A stretch of DNA of 61,943 bases, taken from an uncultured Nitrososphaeria archaeon. Its GTDB lineage: Archaea; Thermoproteota; Nitrososphaeria; Geothermarchaeales; JDFR-13. The DNA lies in contig CAZGXJ010000004.1 in assembly GCA_964529905.1 (NCBI GenBank), positions 1 to 61,943 of the forward strand. The letters are read 5' to 3'. Made by a program: the position numbers and the translations under genes. The notes below the pieces were generated by a model that was given only the letters and a program-made list of their open reading frames with translations, was not told the DNA's origin and searched no databases. Below are positions 1 to 9,611 of the stretch, piece by piece. How positions within the stretch are numbered: the first letter of the stretch is position 1; every line of letters begins with the position of its first letter.

Positions 1-317
1 TAACTGTTCTCCATACATTCGTGGTGCATCTCCATCATATGTTGATACATCTCTTGCTGCATCTCACCATGCATCGGGCACTCTCCATACATACCGTGAT
101 TCATCATACCATTCATCATTCCATGTCCCATACCACTACTATGCATCATACCATTATGTCCATATCCCATCATCCCATTCCCATACATAGGCATATTCCA
201 TGTCGGAGCCATCATAGGCCATCCCATCATGTAGGGATATGAAGATGCAAGACCCCATCCAAGTAGTAATGCTAGTATTCCTACACCCACTATCAAGGCT
301 AGATATTTACCCTCCAT
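1..317 (-). CDS. Membrane-anchored Met/Gly/His-rich protein (partial, runs off left edge); putative metal-binding
   Basis: Manual minus-strand translation from ATG at 317 (GGTGA SD-like motif upstream): MEGKYLALIVGVGILALLLGWGLASSYPYMMGWPMM...GMMHSSGMGHGMMNGMMNHGMYGECPMHGEMQQEMYQHMMEMHHECMENS..., open to the window edge; absent from the ORF track. Confidence 0.8.
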   Translation of the reverse strand, partial: MEGKYLALIVGVGILALLLGWGLASSYPYMMGWPMMAPTWNMPMYGNGMMGYGHNGMMHSSGMGHGMMNGMMNHGMYGECPMHGEMQQEMYQHMMEMHHECMENS

Positions 318-406
318 CACATCTCACCAATTAGCCATATATAGTGAAACATTAGATAGGGTTTACCTGAAACAGTTGAAACACATATGTTTCAAAGAGT
401 TCAAAG

Positions 407-946
407 CTATTTAATCTTGTCCATTAGCCAATCTGAAAGCCTTACTTCATTAGTATTACCTACTGGTCTTCTAACAACTATATTCCTCTCCTCAAGCCTC
501 TCCAAAACACGGTGTACCTGTAACCTTGACATGTTTAGCTCCCACCGAATATCCTTCTGGAGTATCTTACCACCCTTATTTATTAAAAGCTCTACAACCC
601 TCCTCTCATCATCCCTGAGAACCTTTAAAATATCTTCTATGCTACCCTCCTCCCTCTCATATTTCTCACTAGACATTTCTTCACGATATATAGATGGGGA
701 ACTCTGTTGGCCTACGACATATACCAATCCAATTAAAGCTATTATAAATCCTAGTAGGAATACCCAGAAAGGTATAAACATTGCGAACATGTGGATACCC
801 ATGTTTGACATCATACCCATACCCATATGGAAACCATTCTGCTGGGAAAAGACCAACATATATAGAATTGGGACAAATGTAAATAGGAGGATTAAAACCA
901 ATAATATAATCAATATGTTTCTAAAGTCGGATTTACTCATATACAA
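407..946 (-). CDS. Membrane-anchored helix-turn-helix protein (two TM segments plus C-terminal winged HTH)
   Basis: Two hydrophobic segments flanking a MGMGMMSNMG linker; C-terminal LRDDERRVVELL...ILQKDIRWELNMSRLQVHRVLERLEERNIV resembles a wHTH. Confidence 0.7.
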   Translation of the reverse strand: MYMSKSDFRNILIILLVLILLFTFVPILYMLVFSQQNGFHMGMGMMSNMGIHMFAMFIPFWVFLLGFIIALIGLVYVVGQQSSPSIYREEMSSEKYEREEGSIEDILKVLRDDERRVVELLINKGGKILQKDIRWELNMSRLQVHRVLERLEERNIVVRRPVGNTNEVRLSDWLMDKIK

Positions 947-1051
947 TCCTTAGATACAATATCCACCTCACTATTTAAATATATCGATATATCTCTCCAA
1001 AAGAGCACAATTTTTAGCTATATACACCTGATTATAATATGTGTATCGAAG

Positions 1052-1651
1052 ATGATTATCAGACCCATCGACACGATATATATTGGGTTGTTATCATTAG
1101 AAATATTTATAACCCTTTTGATAGGGTCTTACGCCTATAGAGGATATAGAGACTTGAGAGATTCAAGATTACTTAACCTACATCTCGGATTTACAGTTAT
1201 TGGAGGTGGATTACTTGTAGAGCTCACAATATTTATCGTTACCCATATTACAAGACCCTTTATATATATGTTGATCGCAAACTATGTATCAGCTATAGCC
1301 CAGGTCCTTGGTTATCTAATCATAGTTATAGGCTACTATAGGGTACCGAAGGATCAGATGCTACTCTCTACATTAGGAGTATCCACCATATTTCCCTTGA
1401 TGACCATATATCTCGGGAGCTCAATACTAATAATATTTATTCTATATAGGGTTCTCGTAAACTACGTAATAAGTAGGGATAGAATGCTGATCTATTCAAT
1501 ATCCGCCTTTACACTGCTCTCCCTCTCATACATATTACTTAGTATAGGTGTAGCTAGGCCGGAAAGCTATCTACGATTCATAGGGAATTTTATCAGGCTA
1601 CTCGGCTTCACACTCCTAACATATTCAATCTATAGATCCTCAAGAGGATAG
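1052..1651 (+). CDS. Multi-pass membrane protein of unknown function
   Basis: About 6-7 hydrophobic segments; 4 nt upstream of a wHTH gene. Confidence 0.7.
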   Translation: MIIRPIDTIYIGLLSLEIFITLLIGSYAYRGYRDLRDSRLLNLHLGFTVIGGGLLVELTIFIVTHITRPFIYMLIANYVSAIAQVLGYLIIVIGYYRVPKDQMLLSTLGVSTIFPLMTIYLGSSILIIFILYRVLVNYVISRDRMLIYSISAFTLLSLSYILLSIGVARPESYLRFIGNFIRLLGFTLLTYSIYRSSRG

Positions 1652-1655
1652 GATC

Positions 1656-1934
1656 ATGGTTAGGGGATATAGATCTAGAGTAAGGATATTATATGACATT
1701 CTAAAACAGGTGGATATATTAGAGAATATCGATGGAGTTGCGCGTCCGACCAAGATTATGTACAAGGCAAACCTATCATATGAAAGATTGAAAACATATA
1801 TCGATGAATTAGAGAGGAGAGGTTTAATATCTAGGGAGGGTGAGGGATATAGATTAACAGAGAATGGAGCTAGATTCCTAATTGAGTTAGAGAGGATAAT
1901 CAACATGTTAAGAGCCTTTGGATTCGAGCCATAG
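1656..1934 (+). CDS. Winged helix-turn-helix transcriptional regulator (archaeal HTH_45-like)
   Basis: RSRVRILYDIL...PTKIMYKANLSYERLKTYIDELERRGLI...YRLTENGARFL is typical of this small archaeal wHTH family. Confidence 0.85.
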   Translation: MVRGYRSRVRILYDILKQVDILENIDGVARPTKIMYKANLSYERLKTYIDELERRGLISREGEGYRLTENGARFLIELERIINMLRAFGFEP

Positions 1935-2002
1935 AAGATTCTTCTATATCAATCATTCATAACCCTTTTAAAGGTTAACATCTGTTGGATACATGATGGG
2001 TT

Positions 2003-2728
2003 ATGAATAGTAGACGATTTTCTTATATAGCTATATGGATGGCTATATTCATAATACTAAGTGGGATATATGGGTTTAGCTATGCCGGATATAACGGATA
2101 CATCGATGGGAGAAAGATACAGTTAATTGAAGGATATATAGTTCATGTAAGTGATTCTGGCATTACTATATACACTAGGGAATTCAATAGAAGCGTATCT
2201 GCAGAGGGGAATTGGATCTACATTGGAGAAGGGGTGGGCAGGGCAAATTGGACAACAATAAAAGATTTTATTCCTAGGGGGAGAGCCAAGATATTAGTAT
2301 TAAATACATTTGGAGAGGAGACTTCAGACGCTATTCTACTAGCATTAAAGACAGAGCACTTAATCTTGGTGAGAATTGGATTAATGAGAAGGGCTGTTAA
2401 GGTTCATAGATATAGTTTCGATTATCAATCCCTCTATGGTAAGATAGTAAAAGTAGGGGAGAACTACATCATTTTAAAAAGAGGGGAGATAAAGATATTA
2501 GTGGTTATACCTGAGGATAGTATATGGTTCAGAGCAGGAAGTGGCAAAGATAGATGGATAAACTATAGGGAAGTATTTAGTGAAGGAGATATATTAAGGA
2601 TTTTCTTCCATGATAGAGTTGTATTCAAAGATAGATTCGCAAAGTTTACAGGTCTAAAGGTTGTAATATGGGGATATAGTGGTGCAATAATAGATCTGAC
2701 CAATGGAGAAACATTGGTTAGAGTGTGA
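2003..2728 (+). CDS. Secreted/anchored hypothetical protein with internal duplication
   Basis: N-terminal hydrophobic signal/TM segment; two related beta-rich repeats. Confidence 0.65.
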   Translation: MNSRRFSYIAIWMAIFIILSGIYGFSYAGYNGYIDGRKIQLIEGYIVHVSDSGITIYTREFNRSVSAEGNWIYIGEGVGRANWTTIKDFIPRGRAKILVLNTFGEETSDAILLALKTEHLILVRIGLMRRAVKVHRYSFDYQSLYGKIVKVGENYIILKRGEIKILVVIPEDSIWFRAGSGKDRWINYREVFSEGDILRIFFHDRVVFKDRFAKFTGLKVVIWGYSGAIIDLTNGETLVRV

Positions 2729-2873
2729 AGATGATGAGAATACCCTTTTTAACTATACTCCATTTTTATATTTTGGTTTTTGGGTTTTGTGATATATACC
2801 ATTATTTATAAATCTTTTGTGAAATATTTTGTTAAGAATTTATTGGACAATGAGGTTGAGAGTTTGCTTATAA

Positions 2874-3284
2874 TTGGGAGAGATGAGGAGAGAGAGGGGA
2901 ATCCATATATTGTTAGATATGGAGGGCGTAGACCCTCAAATCTTAGACGATTCTATATTTCTGATGAATCTCATAGATAAAACTGTTAGAGACTCAGGGC
3001 TTAAATCCTTTGGGACACTATATCATAAATTTTATCCACAGGGTTTTACATCTGTGACTCTTTTATCGGCTAGCCATATATCAATACATACCTGGCCTGA
3101 ATATGGATATATCGCTGCCGATATATTTGCCTGTGATGATATAGAGAAGGCGTTGAAGGCTGCAGAGATCCTTATAAAGGAGCTTAAACCTAAACGGGTT
3201 AAGAGGGTTATAAAGAGGAGAGGATTTATCTTTAAGGGTTATCTGGTGGAGAATGAAGATGGAGTATCACATAGAGAGGGTTAG
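2874..3284 (+). CDS. speD: S-adenosylmethionine decarboxylase proenzyme (class 1B); likely start ATG 2883
   Basis: G.HILLD, KFYPQGFTSVTLLSASHISIHTWPEYGYIAADIFAC motifs; overlaps the aminopropyltransferase gene. Confidence 0.88.
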   Translation: MGEMRRERGIHILLDMEGVDPQILDDSIFLMNLIDKTVRDSGLKSFGTLYHKFYPQGFTSVTLLSASHISIHTWPEYGYIAADIFACDDIEKALKAAEILIKELKPKRVKRVIKRRGFIFKGYLVENEDGVSHREG

Positions 3285-4074
3285 GATTGGAGATGGATAT
3301 ATAGAGATTAGATATCCATTGAGAAAGGTTTTATATAGAGGGAGGAGTGAATATCAGGAGATAGTTATAGCGGAATCCGATCTAGGTAAGATGCTTATAC
3401 TTGACGGCGTCCTCCAATTCACAACATATGATGAGGAGATATACCATGAAACACTTACGTTGACTACATTCAAGGAGGGCTTTAGAAGGGTATTGATATT
3501 GGGAGGTGGAGATGGGGGTGCGGCCAAGGCATTGAAAAATAAATATCCAATGATCTCAATAGATATTGTCGATATCGACCCAGAAGTCACTTATAAGGTC
3601 TTGAAATATATTCCAGAAGTTCCTGGAAAAGTGTTTGAGATGGAGGGTGTGAAACTAATAAATATGGATGCCCATCAATACGTGAGGAGGTGCAAAGTGA
3701 AATATGACTATATAATAGGAGATCTAACTGATATCAGATTTGAAGGTGAAGCTGGGAGTCAGGTAAATAGGTTATACACCTCGGAATACATCTCAGAGTT
3801 AAAGGAAATTCTAACAAATCATGGAGTTATAACCTATCATATTGGTGGGTATAATATCGATAAGAAATTCATACTCGATGTCTACAATATCTTCAAGGAA
3901 GTTTTTAAATATGTCAAGGTGTATGCCGTCTATATACCCAGCTTCATAGACCTATGGACATTCATAAGTGGATCAGATGGAGAATTCATGCTTAGAAGCT
4001 TAAGACATAAAATATATGACTTCACCGATGACATAAAGGATTATGAAACAGGCTCTATATACCATGTAGGATGA
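3253..4074 (+). CDS. speE: Polyamine aminopropyltransferase (spermidine synthase family)
   Basis: GKMLILDGVLQ, DEEIYHE, VLILGGGDG, VDID, DYIIGDLTD motifs. Confidence 0.92.
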   Translation: MKMEYHIERVRIGDGYIEIRYPLRKVLYRGRSEYQEIVIAESDLGKMLILDGVLQFTTYDEEIYHETLTLTTFKEGFRRVLILGGGDGGAAKALKNKYPMISIDIVDIDPEVTYKVLKYIPEVPGKVFEMEGVKLINMDAHQYVRRCKVKYDYIIGDLTDIRFEGEAGSQVNRLYTSEYISELKEILTNHGVITYHIGGYNIDKKFILDVYNIFKEVFKYVKVYAVYIPSFIDLWTFISGSDGEFMLRSLRHKIYDFTDDIKDYETGSIYHVG

Positions 4075-5159
4075 ATCTCACTATAGGAACCATGGTCAGT
4101 ATCAACTACCCATACACCTATAATCCTTATCCTCTCCCCTTTACTAGGTATATATACACTCTCTTGGTCTTCTGGAACTATCTCCACGTGAATATTACCC
4201 TTCCTAATAACCCATGAACCTATTGAAAGCATATATTCATATTGGGGGTCAAGTCTAACATCAAAGAATATATCGCCATCATCCCCCTTCACGATCTCAC
4301 TTACTACTACTCCATATACCTCTACACATTTATCTAATATCCTTAGCCTTTCAGGGTCATAGGTATATCTAAATACATTTCCCTCCCTACAGAAGTCTCC
4401 AGTCTTATCTTGGATCCACTGGATACCAGATAAGGTAGAGGGTTTATAGGGGTATAGAACTACATCTAGGTTATAGTAAATATAAGGCATAGAGAGATAT
4501 CCAAATAAGATTGAGCCGATAATAACTATGGACATTAAAATCTTAATCCTATAAATAGATCTAAATTTATATAGGATTATTAGCATTACAAGACTAAACA
4601 TATTCAATGCGAATCCATAGAAAAACGCAGAAGAGAAGTAATAAGTTAGCATTAGTATAAACGGAGCTAAACTATATATCCTATATCCCTCTCTATACAT
4701 CTTATGCATTAAGTAGATAAAGGGTATATACGATATCGAAAATATGTCAAGCCCAACCTCAATAGCGTCCTTTCCATAATACAGCAATGCTAGGGAATAG
4801 GCTAGAAAAGTATCTAGTGAAACTATTATAAGTAAGAGACTAGGAAGATCCTTTAGATATCCTTTCTCAATCAATATAGCTAGTATAAATAGTACCAACG
4901 ATCTAACAAGTAGGGATAGGAATATTACAAGTGTGAAGGCTGAATGGGTATAAAGGAGAATTAATGAACCTAATATATGTCCGATTAGAAATGTCAATGC
5001 CCCATAGAGAGGTCTTATAAATATCAATGAAAGCATCATGGCGGGGATTACCAATCCATAGCCGATTAAAAGGTTTGGAGCGTTAATCATTGTAGATACG
5101 GCGAATATATTATAAAGGATTAGAAGGAATGGTTTAAAGCCATTTGAAAATCTAAACAT
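4041..5159 (-). CDS. Multi-pass membrane protein fused to a C-terminal soluble (probably external, OB-fold-like) domain
   Basis: About 7-8 TM segments in the first ~225 aa, then a hydrophilic domain with DGD..FDVRLDP, HVEIVP and EIHP motifs. Confidence 0.65.
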   Translation of the reverse strand: MFRFSNGFKPFLLILYNIFAVSTMINAPNLLIGYGLVIPAMMLSLIFIRPLYGALTFLIGHILGSLILLYTHSAFTLVIFLSLLVRSLVLFILAILIEKGYLKDLPSLLLIIVSLDTFLAYSLALLYYGKDAIEVGLDIFSISYIPFIYLMHKMYREGYRIYSLAPFILMLTYYFSSAFFYGFALNMFSLVMLIILYKFRSIYRIKILMSIVIIGSILFGYLSMPYIYYNLDVVLYPYKPSTLSGIQWIQDKTGDFCREGNVFRYTYDPERLRILDKCVEVYGVVVSEIVKGDDGDIFFDVRLDPQYEYMLSIGSWVIRKGNIHVEIVPEDQESVYIPSKGERIRIIGVWVVDTDHGSYSEIHPTWYIEPVS

Positions 5160-5206
5160 AATAAAATAATTACTAAACCAAGTATTTTATACTCATCGAC
5201 ACATAA

Positions 5207-5863
5207 CTATATTTTCCATTTCTCCATGTTATACGCCATATCCCAAAACAGATATTCATATTTACTTCCCAAAAGAAAGATTTTCCTATATTTTTCATAG
5301 TAAGTCCCGTCCCATAGATCGTCAACAGTCTCTCTAAGTCTCTGTACTATATCCCTATATTCTTCTTTTAGATATACCTCTGCCCACTCTCTATAGAGCC
5401 TCACCTTGTTTTGAAGGAGTAGGGATTTATTATTCTCAGCTATCTCGAGATAGCTCCAGAAGCATGGGAGAATCGCTACTAAACCCTCCAATAATGTACC
5501 AGTGGCACATGTCGAGAGTAGGAAGTCCATATATGCCCTATTCGTTGGAGCTGGTTCTCTCCCGATGACATCCTCAATATTTAGGTTTAGAGACTCCAAA
5601 AGCTTTTTATAGTTATCCATCTCTATCGATGCATCTATATAGGCCATCTCCAGAATAAATCTAGCTATATCAGGCTCCGCCTTTGAGGCTAGAAGGCTTA
5701 GGCATTTATACATAGTGACTAGATAGTTATAGTCTTGAACCGCATAAAACTTAAATTTTTCTAGGGGGAGAGACCCGGAGTATAGCTCTAAGACGAATGG
5801 ATGGCTAAAAATCTTATCCCATATATCCGATGCATCCATCCTAAGTCTTTGGGATAGAGTCAC
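5207..5863 (-). CDS. tenA: Thiaminase II / TenA
   Basis: HPFV.EL..GSLP.EKF.FY..QD..YL and LPCFWSY (catalytic Cys), KYEYLFWDMAY. Confidence 0.93.
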   Translation of the reverse strand: MTLSQRLRMDASDIWDKIFSHPFVLELYSGSLPLEKFKFYAVQDYNYLVTMYKCLSLLASKAEPDIARFILEMAYIDASIEMDNYKKLLESLNLNIEDVIGREPAPTNRAYMDFLLSTCATGTLLEGLVAILPCFWSYLEIAENNKSLLLQNKVRLYREWAEVYLKEEYRDIVQRLRETVDDLWDGTYYEKYRKIFLLGSKYEYLFWDMAYNMEKWKI

Positions 5864-5870
5864 TTGATAT

Positions 5871-6443
5871 CTACCTCCTCACATATTCAGCAACTATAGA
5901 TGCTAAACCTCCATATATCGCTCCACTTATCATAGCTGCTAAAAGCCATAGAGCCATAACCTCTACAGTAGCTATATCCTCAAACAGGATAGCGTCTAAG
6001 ACGATTGCTCCCGGTGCAGCCGCTAGACCTGCTAAAGCACCTGTTATATAGTCAAATCTCCTATATCCGAAGACCAGATATATTAATTCAGAGAGGAGGC
6101 CTTGGATAACACCATACATTAGATTAGTTAGTCCACCTACTGTAGGTATTATCGTCTCGATTAATGCCCCTAATGTCTCACCTAGGAAGGCTGAAAAGGG
6201 CTTCTTAATAAGGGTAGCCCCTAGAGGAGCGCCTATAAACCATAAACCATATGAGATTAGCCTAGCAAATATCGGTCCTCCTATAGCTTTTCCAAAGTAA
6301 TATACATACCATGTTCCATAGAATACTACTCCCATTACAACAGCTACTACTCCTAGATATGCATAGTCGATGGTTGTGTATCTAAACCCGCCTCCCCTCA
6401 TAACCCCATAACGAGATATAAATATATTATCTTGAAAACTCAA
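5871..6443 (-). CDS. ECF transporter S component (YkoE-like, thiamine/HMP precursor)
   Basis: Six-TM protein with GLWF, KKPFSAFLGE, QGLLSEL motifs; sits between EcfT and tenA. Confidence 0.85.
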   Translation of the reverse strand: MSFQDNIFISRYGVMRGGGFRYTTIDYAYLGVVAVVMGVVFYGTWYVYYFGKAIGGPIFARLISYGLWFIGAPLGATLIKKPFSAFLGETLGALIETIIPTVGGLTNLMYGVIQGLLSELIYLVFGYRRFDYITGALAGLAAAPGAIVLDAILFEDIATVEVMALWLLAAMISGAIYGGLASIVAEYVRR

Positions 6444-6473
6444 TACATATACTTCTGAGAATCGATATTTACA

Positions 6474-7202
6474 TTATATAGAAATCCTGGGTAGTATACC
6501 GATGGATATGGCGATAGGTATCATTACCTGAATAATCATTATTAGAATCACTATATAATCATAACGTGATAGTTTAATGGGTTCATGGAGCCTCCTCCTA
6601 ATGTTGAAGCCCCTCAACTCAACCGCAATACCTGTCCAGTAAGCCTTATCCAATAAATTAGATAGTAGAGGTAGAAGGAAGGTCGAGAAATCTCTCGGTG
6701 TAATTATATATCCCCTATATCCCCTCTCCCTCCTAATAAACCTAAGATCCCTATATATCCTATCCACCAGTGGGAGAAGTCTTAATGCATAATATATGGA
6801 GAAGGTAGGTCCTTTGGGAAGCCTCAAATCGTTTTCAAGTGTCCTAACAGTCTCTAGAGGATCTGATAGGGATAGAAATATAAGTGTTCCACCAGTAATC
6901 AATCCAAGCCTAAAGAATATGGAGTTAGCTGCCTTCAAGGCCCCCTCCCTAACCACTAAAAACAAGAATTTGAAGACTACAGCACCTTGATTAGCCACCA
7001 GGAGAGAGTTGATGAATAGACCAATGTATCCTAGGATAAAGAGAAAGATAATAATTTTATATCGCCTCCACCCAAGTATAATTCCGATAGCTAGATTTGG
7101 GATTGCGATTATAAATATGGAGGAGGACTCCCTAAATATAAATGCTAGAAGAGTGATAACCAATCCATATATAAAGAGGATTGACGGCCTAATCCTAGGC
7201 AT
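6474..7202 (-). CDS. ECF transporter transmembrane T component (EcfT/CbiQ family)
   Basis: TM N-terminus, ALRLLP, and late ELRGF (X-R-X) motif. Confidence 0.85.
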   Translation of the reverse strand: MPRIRPSILFIYGLVITLLAFIFRESSSIFIIAIPNLAIGIILGWRRYKIIIFLFILGYIGLFINSLLVANQGAVVFKFLFLVVREGALKAANSIFFRLGLITGGTLIFLSLSDPLETVRTLENDLRLPKGPTFSIYYALRLLPLVDRIYRDLRFIRRERGYRGYIITPRDFSTFLLPLLSNLLDKAYWTGIAVELRGFNIRRRLHEPIKLSRYDYIVILIMIIQVMIPIAISIGILPRISI

Positions 7203-8571
7203 TTCTCCATACCTCTAGGTATGACAAGGCATATTCAATATCAACCTCTTTGAAACCCTTATCGAATAGATATACCCTATCACATACATCCAGTAAAATC
7301 CTTGGGTCATGGGTCGCTATCAGAATCCCCCTCCCATCTCTGGCCAACCTATCTATCTGGCTAACTATCCATCTATACATGTTTAGATCGAGCCCTGTAG
7401 TGGGCTCATCCAATAGCAATATATCACTTCCATATATACCCCCGATAAGATTAGCCAACCATCTTCTCTGCCCATGGCTAAGTCTAAATGGGTTATATCC
7501 AAGTGATATCCCGAATTCCTTAAGATATTCTAAATATTTCCCAATATCCCCTCCAACCTTCCTAATCGATTCTACAACCTCCTTCTCAACACTCTTAAAC
7601 ATAAACATCAGGTCTGGCTCCTGGGGAACATAGAATATGGATCCATTAACCTTTAAAGAACCGTCAATTGGTTTGATATATCCAGATAAAGTCTTTAATA
7701 GTGTAGACTTCCCAGATCCATTCCTACCCACTATACATACAACTTCGCCTCTAGCTAGTCTAAAAGATATGTTTTCAATTATTGGTACGCTATAACCGAT
7801 AGATAATCCTTCGACCTCTAAGAGATCTTCACCAACAGCTCTACCACCAAAAAGGAATCTCTTTCTCAGTTCAGTCTCTAAGTCTACCATATCAAAGAAA
7901 TCCTTTGAGGGGGGAGATTCATATATCTTACCATTAAATAAGAAATATGTCTTATCCACTAAATCTATAAAATATCTGGCCTTATGTTCAACCAATATAA
8001 CCGTCTTCCTCCCCTTAAGGCTACCTATAAAATCCCTTACAGTCTTTATACCCCAGGGATCCATAGAGGCGGATGGTTCATCAAGTATAATTATATCTGG
8101 GTCATGTATAATTGCCGAAGCTATTGTAAGTCTCCTCCTCTCACCTATAGATAGATTCTCAACATATTCAAAATACTTCCCCTTTAAACCTATCCAATCA
8201 ATAACCTCCATAGCTCTATCCACATCCCTAACACCATATATATTCTCCAATGTGAATAGAACCTCATCTAATACCCTAGGCATAGCGATCTGCTTCTCAG
8301 GATCTTGTAGAACTATACCAATCTCCTTAGGTATGTTTATATAGTCCACTTGATCCAGGGGATTTAGCCCATTAATATCTATCGATCCATCCACATATCC
8401 ACCGACTAGATTTGGGATCACACCTAATATTGATAATAATAAAGTAGTCTTACCAGACCCAGATGGACCAGTTATTAAGATCGATTCCCCAGCATCTATA
8501 TCTATTGATATATCCATTAAGACAGACCTACCTATTTGATAACCAGCATCCTTAATATCGATATCTATCAT
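7195..8571 (-). CDS. ECF transporter double ABC ATPase (YkoD-like)
   Basis: Two Walker A (GPSGSGKT, GRNGSGKS), signatures LSIGE and LSHGQ, two Walker B (ILDEP, LLDEP). Confidence 0.92.
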   Translation of the reverse strand: MIDIDIKDAGYQIGRSVLMDISIDIDAGESILITGPSGSGKTTLLLSILGVIPNLVGGYVDGSIDINGLNPLDQVDYINIPKEIGIVLQDPEKQIAMPRVLDEVLFTLENIYGVRDVDRAMEVIDWIGLKGKYFEYVENLSIGERRRLTIASAIIHDPDIIILDEPSASMDPWGIKTVRDFIGSLKGRKTVILVEHKARYFIDLVDKTYFLFNGKIYESPPSKDFFDMVDLETELRKRFLFGGRAVGEDLLEVEGLSIGYSVPIIENISFRLARGEVVCIVGRNGSGKSTLLKTLSGYIKPIDGSLKVNGSIFYVPQEPDLMFMFKSVEKEVVESIRKVGGDIGKYLEYLKEFGISLGYNPFRLSHGQRRWLANLIGGIYGSDILLLDEPTTGLDLNMYRWIVSQIDRLARDGRGILIATHDPRILLDVCDRVYLFDKGFKEVDIEYALSYLEVWRNA

Positions 8572-8572
8572 C

Positions 8573-9574
8573 TCAGTTTTTCCCTAATCTATATCCATCC
8601 ATTTCGTATATATACCTAGATGCAAACTCCTCAATAGAAGATATGTAGGGTATTAATTCTTCATATCGATCCCTCCTAACATAAAGCTCGAATGTCTCCC
8701 ATCTAATCTCTAGAAATTTAAACCCATTAACCTTAGCTTCATAATATGTCCCTATCATCACATCAGATAGACCATCTTTTATAGATCTTAGGGCCTCCAC
8801 ATGGCTATAGTATTCCATTCCATATCCATTTATCCTCCCCCTAAGATCATCTAGGTCTAGGCCTGATGTCTCAGCATATCTAATCAACTCTTCCTCCAGA
8901 TATATCCGAGAGCCTGAACCCCAAACCCTATTAGCCAATCTATATCCCCTCTTTATTAAATCCTCTACACCGTTGAAATCTATATCGCCTCTATATATCC
9001 AGCCAATCAATCTGTCATACCTAAATACATCCATCAATAGATTTTTAACTCCAAATAACTCTATTACCTCATTAGCCCCTGATAAATGTATAGATGCTAT
9101 ATCTCCATCGCCGATCAACACCTTAAATAGACCTATTAGACTACCTATAGCCCTATATTCCACATTTATTTTCAACTCACCACCCATGTACCTCGAGACC
9201 TTTCTAAGGAGTGGGTCATCGCTTCCAACAATTCTAAATGTAGGAGGAGATATATTTATGGAATCCAGATCTATATGTGGTTTGAGTGCTCTAATCAACT
9301 CAGATAGAATCCTTCTCCCATCATCCGTTAATGATATACCTCCTCTTCCCCTAACAAATCTAAATAGCTTGACCTGGAGCATCTCCTCAAGCCTCCTTAT
9401 ATATTCCCATGCCCTTGAATAGGGTATCCCCGTTATCTTAGAGGAGGTATATAGGCTATACCCCTCCAACATCCTTGAAATTAGGTATATCCCCCTAATA
9501 TCCAGGGCTCTCCTATCCCCAATATATATGACTGGCTCTAAACGTATATTTACACCATATTTACCTAGGTTCAT
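8573..9574 (-). CDS. ModE-type HTH fused to PBP-like oxyanion-binding domain (molybdate/tungstate-responsive regulator)
   Basis: N-terminal SLYTSSKITGIPYSRAWEYIRRLEE...RGRGG.SLT ModE/LysR HTH; C-terminal GSD.LL, GSL.GL, NR..GSGSR PBP motifs; divergent from tupA. Confidence 0.82.
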   Translation of the reverse strand: MNLGKYGVNIRLEPVIYIGDRRALDIRGIYLISRMLEGYSLYTSSKITGIPYSRAWEYIRRLEEMLQVKLFRFVRGRGGISLTDDGRRILSELIRALKPHIDLDSINISPPTFRIVGSDDPLLRKVSRYMGGELKINVEYRAIGSLIGLFKVLIGDGDIASIHLSGANEVIELFGVKNLLMDVFRYDRLIGWIYRGDIDFNGVEDLIKRGYRLANRVWGSGSRIYLEEELIRYAETSGLDLDDLRGRINGYGMEYYSHVEALRSIKDGLSDVMIGTYYEAKVNGFKFLEIRWETFELYVRRDRYEELIPYISSIEEFASRYIYEMDGYRLGKN

Positions 9575-9577
9575 ATA

Positions 9578-9611
9578 AAGATTAATTATCCGAATTCGGA
9601 TAATTAATCTT
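9578..9611. promoter_or_regulatory. Perfect 34-bp palindrome, candidate operator/bidirectional promoter
   Basis: AAGATTAATTATCCGAA-TTCGGATAATTAATCTT is its own reverse complement; each end lies 3 nt from a divergent start codon. Confidence 0.75.

Noticed and set aside
21-242. His-rich 73-aa plus-strand ORF
   Set aside because: Antisense shadow of the Met-rich minus-strand gene (ATG codons read as CAT/His).
9592-9597. EcoRI site GAATTC at the palindrome centre suggesting a cloning artefact
   Set aside because: A head-to-head ligation would mirror the whole fragment, but symmetry stops after 17 bp and intact different genes lie on both sides.
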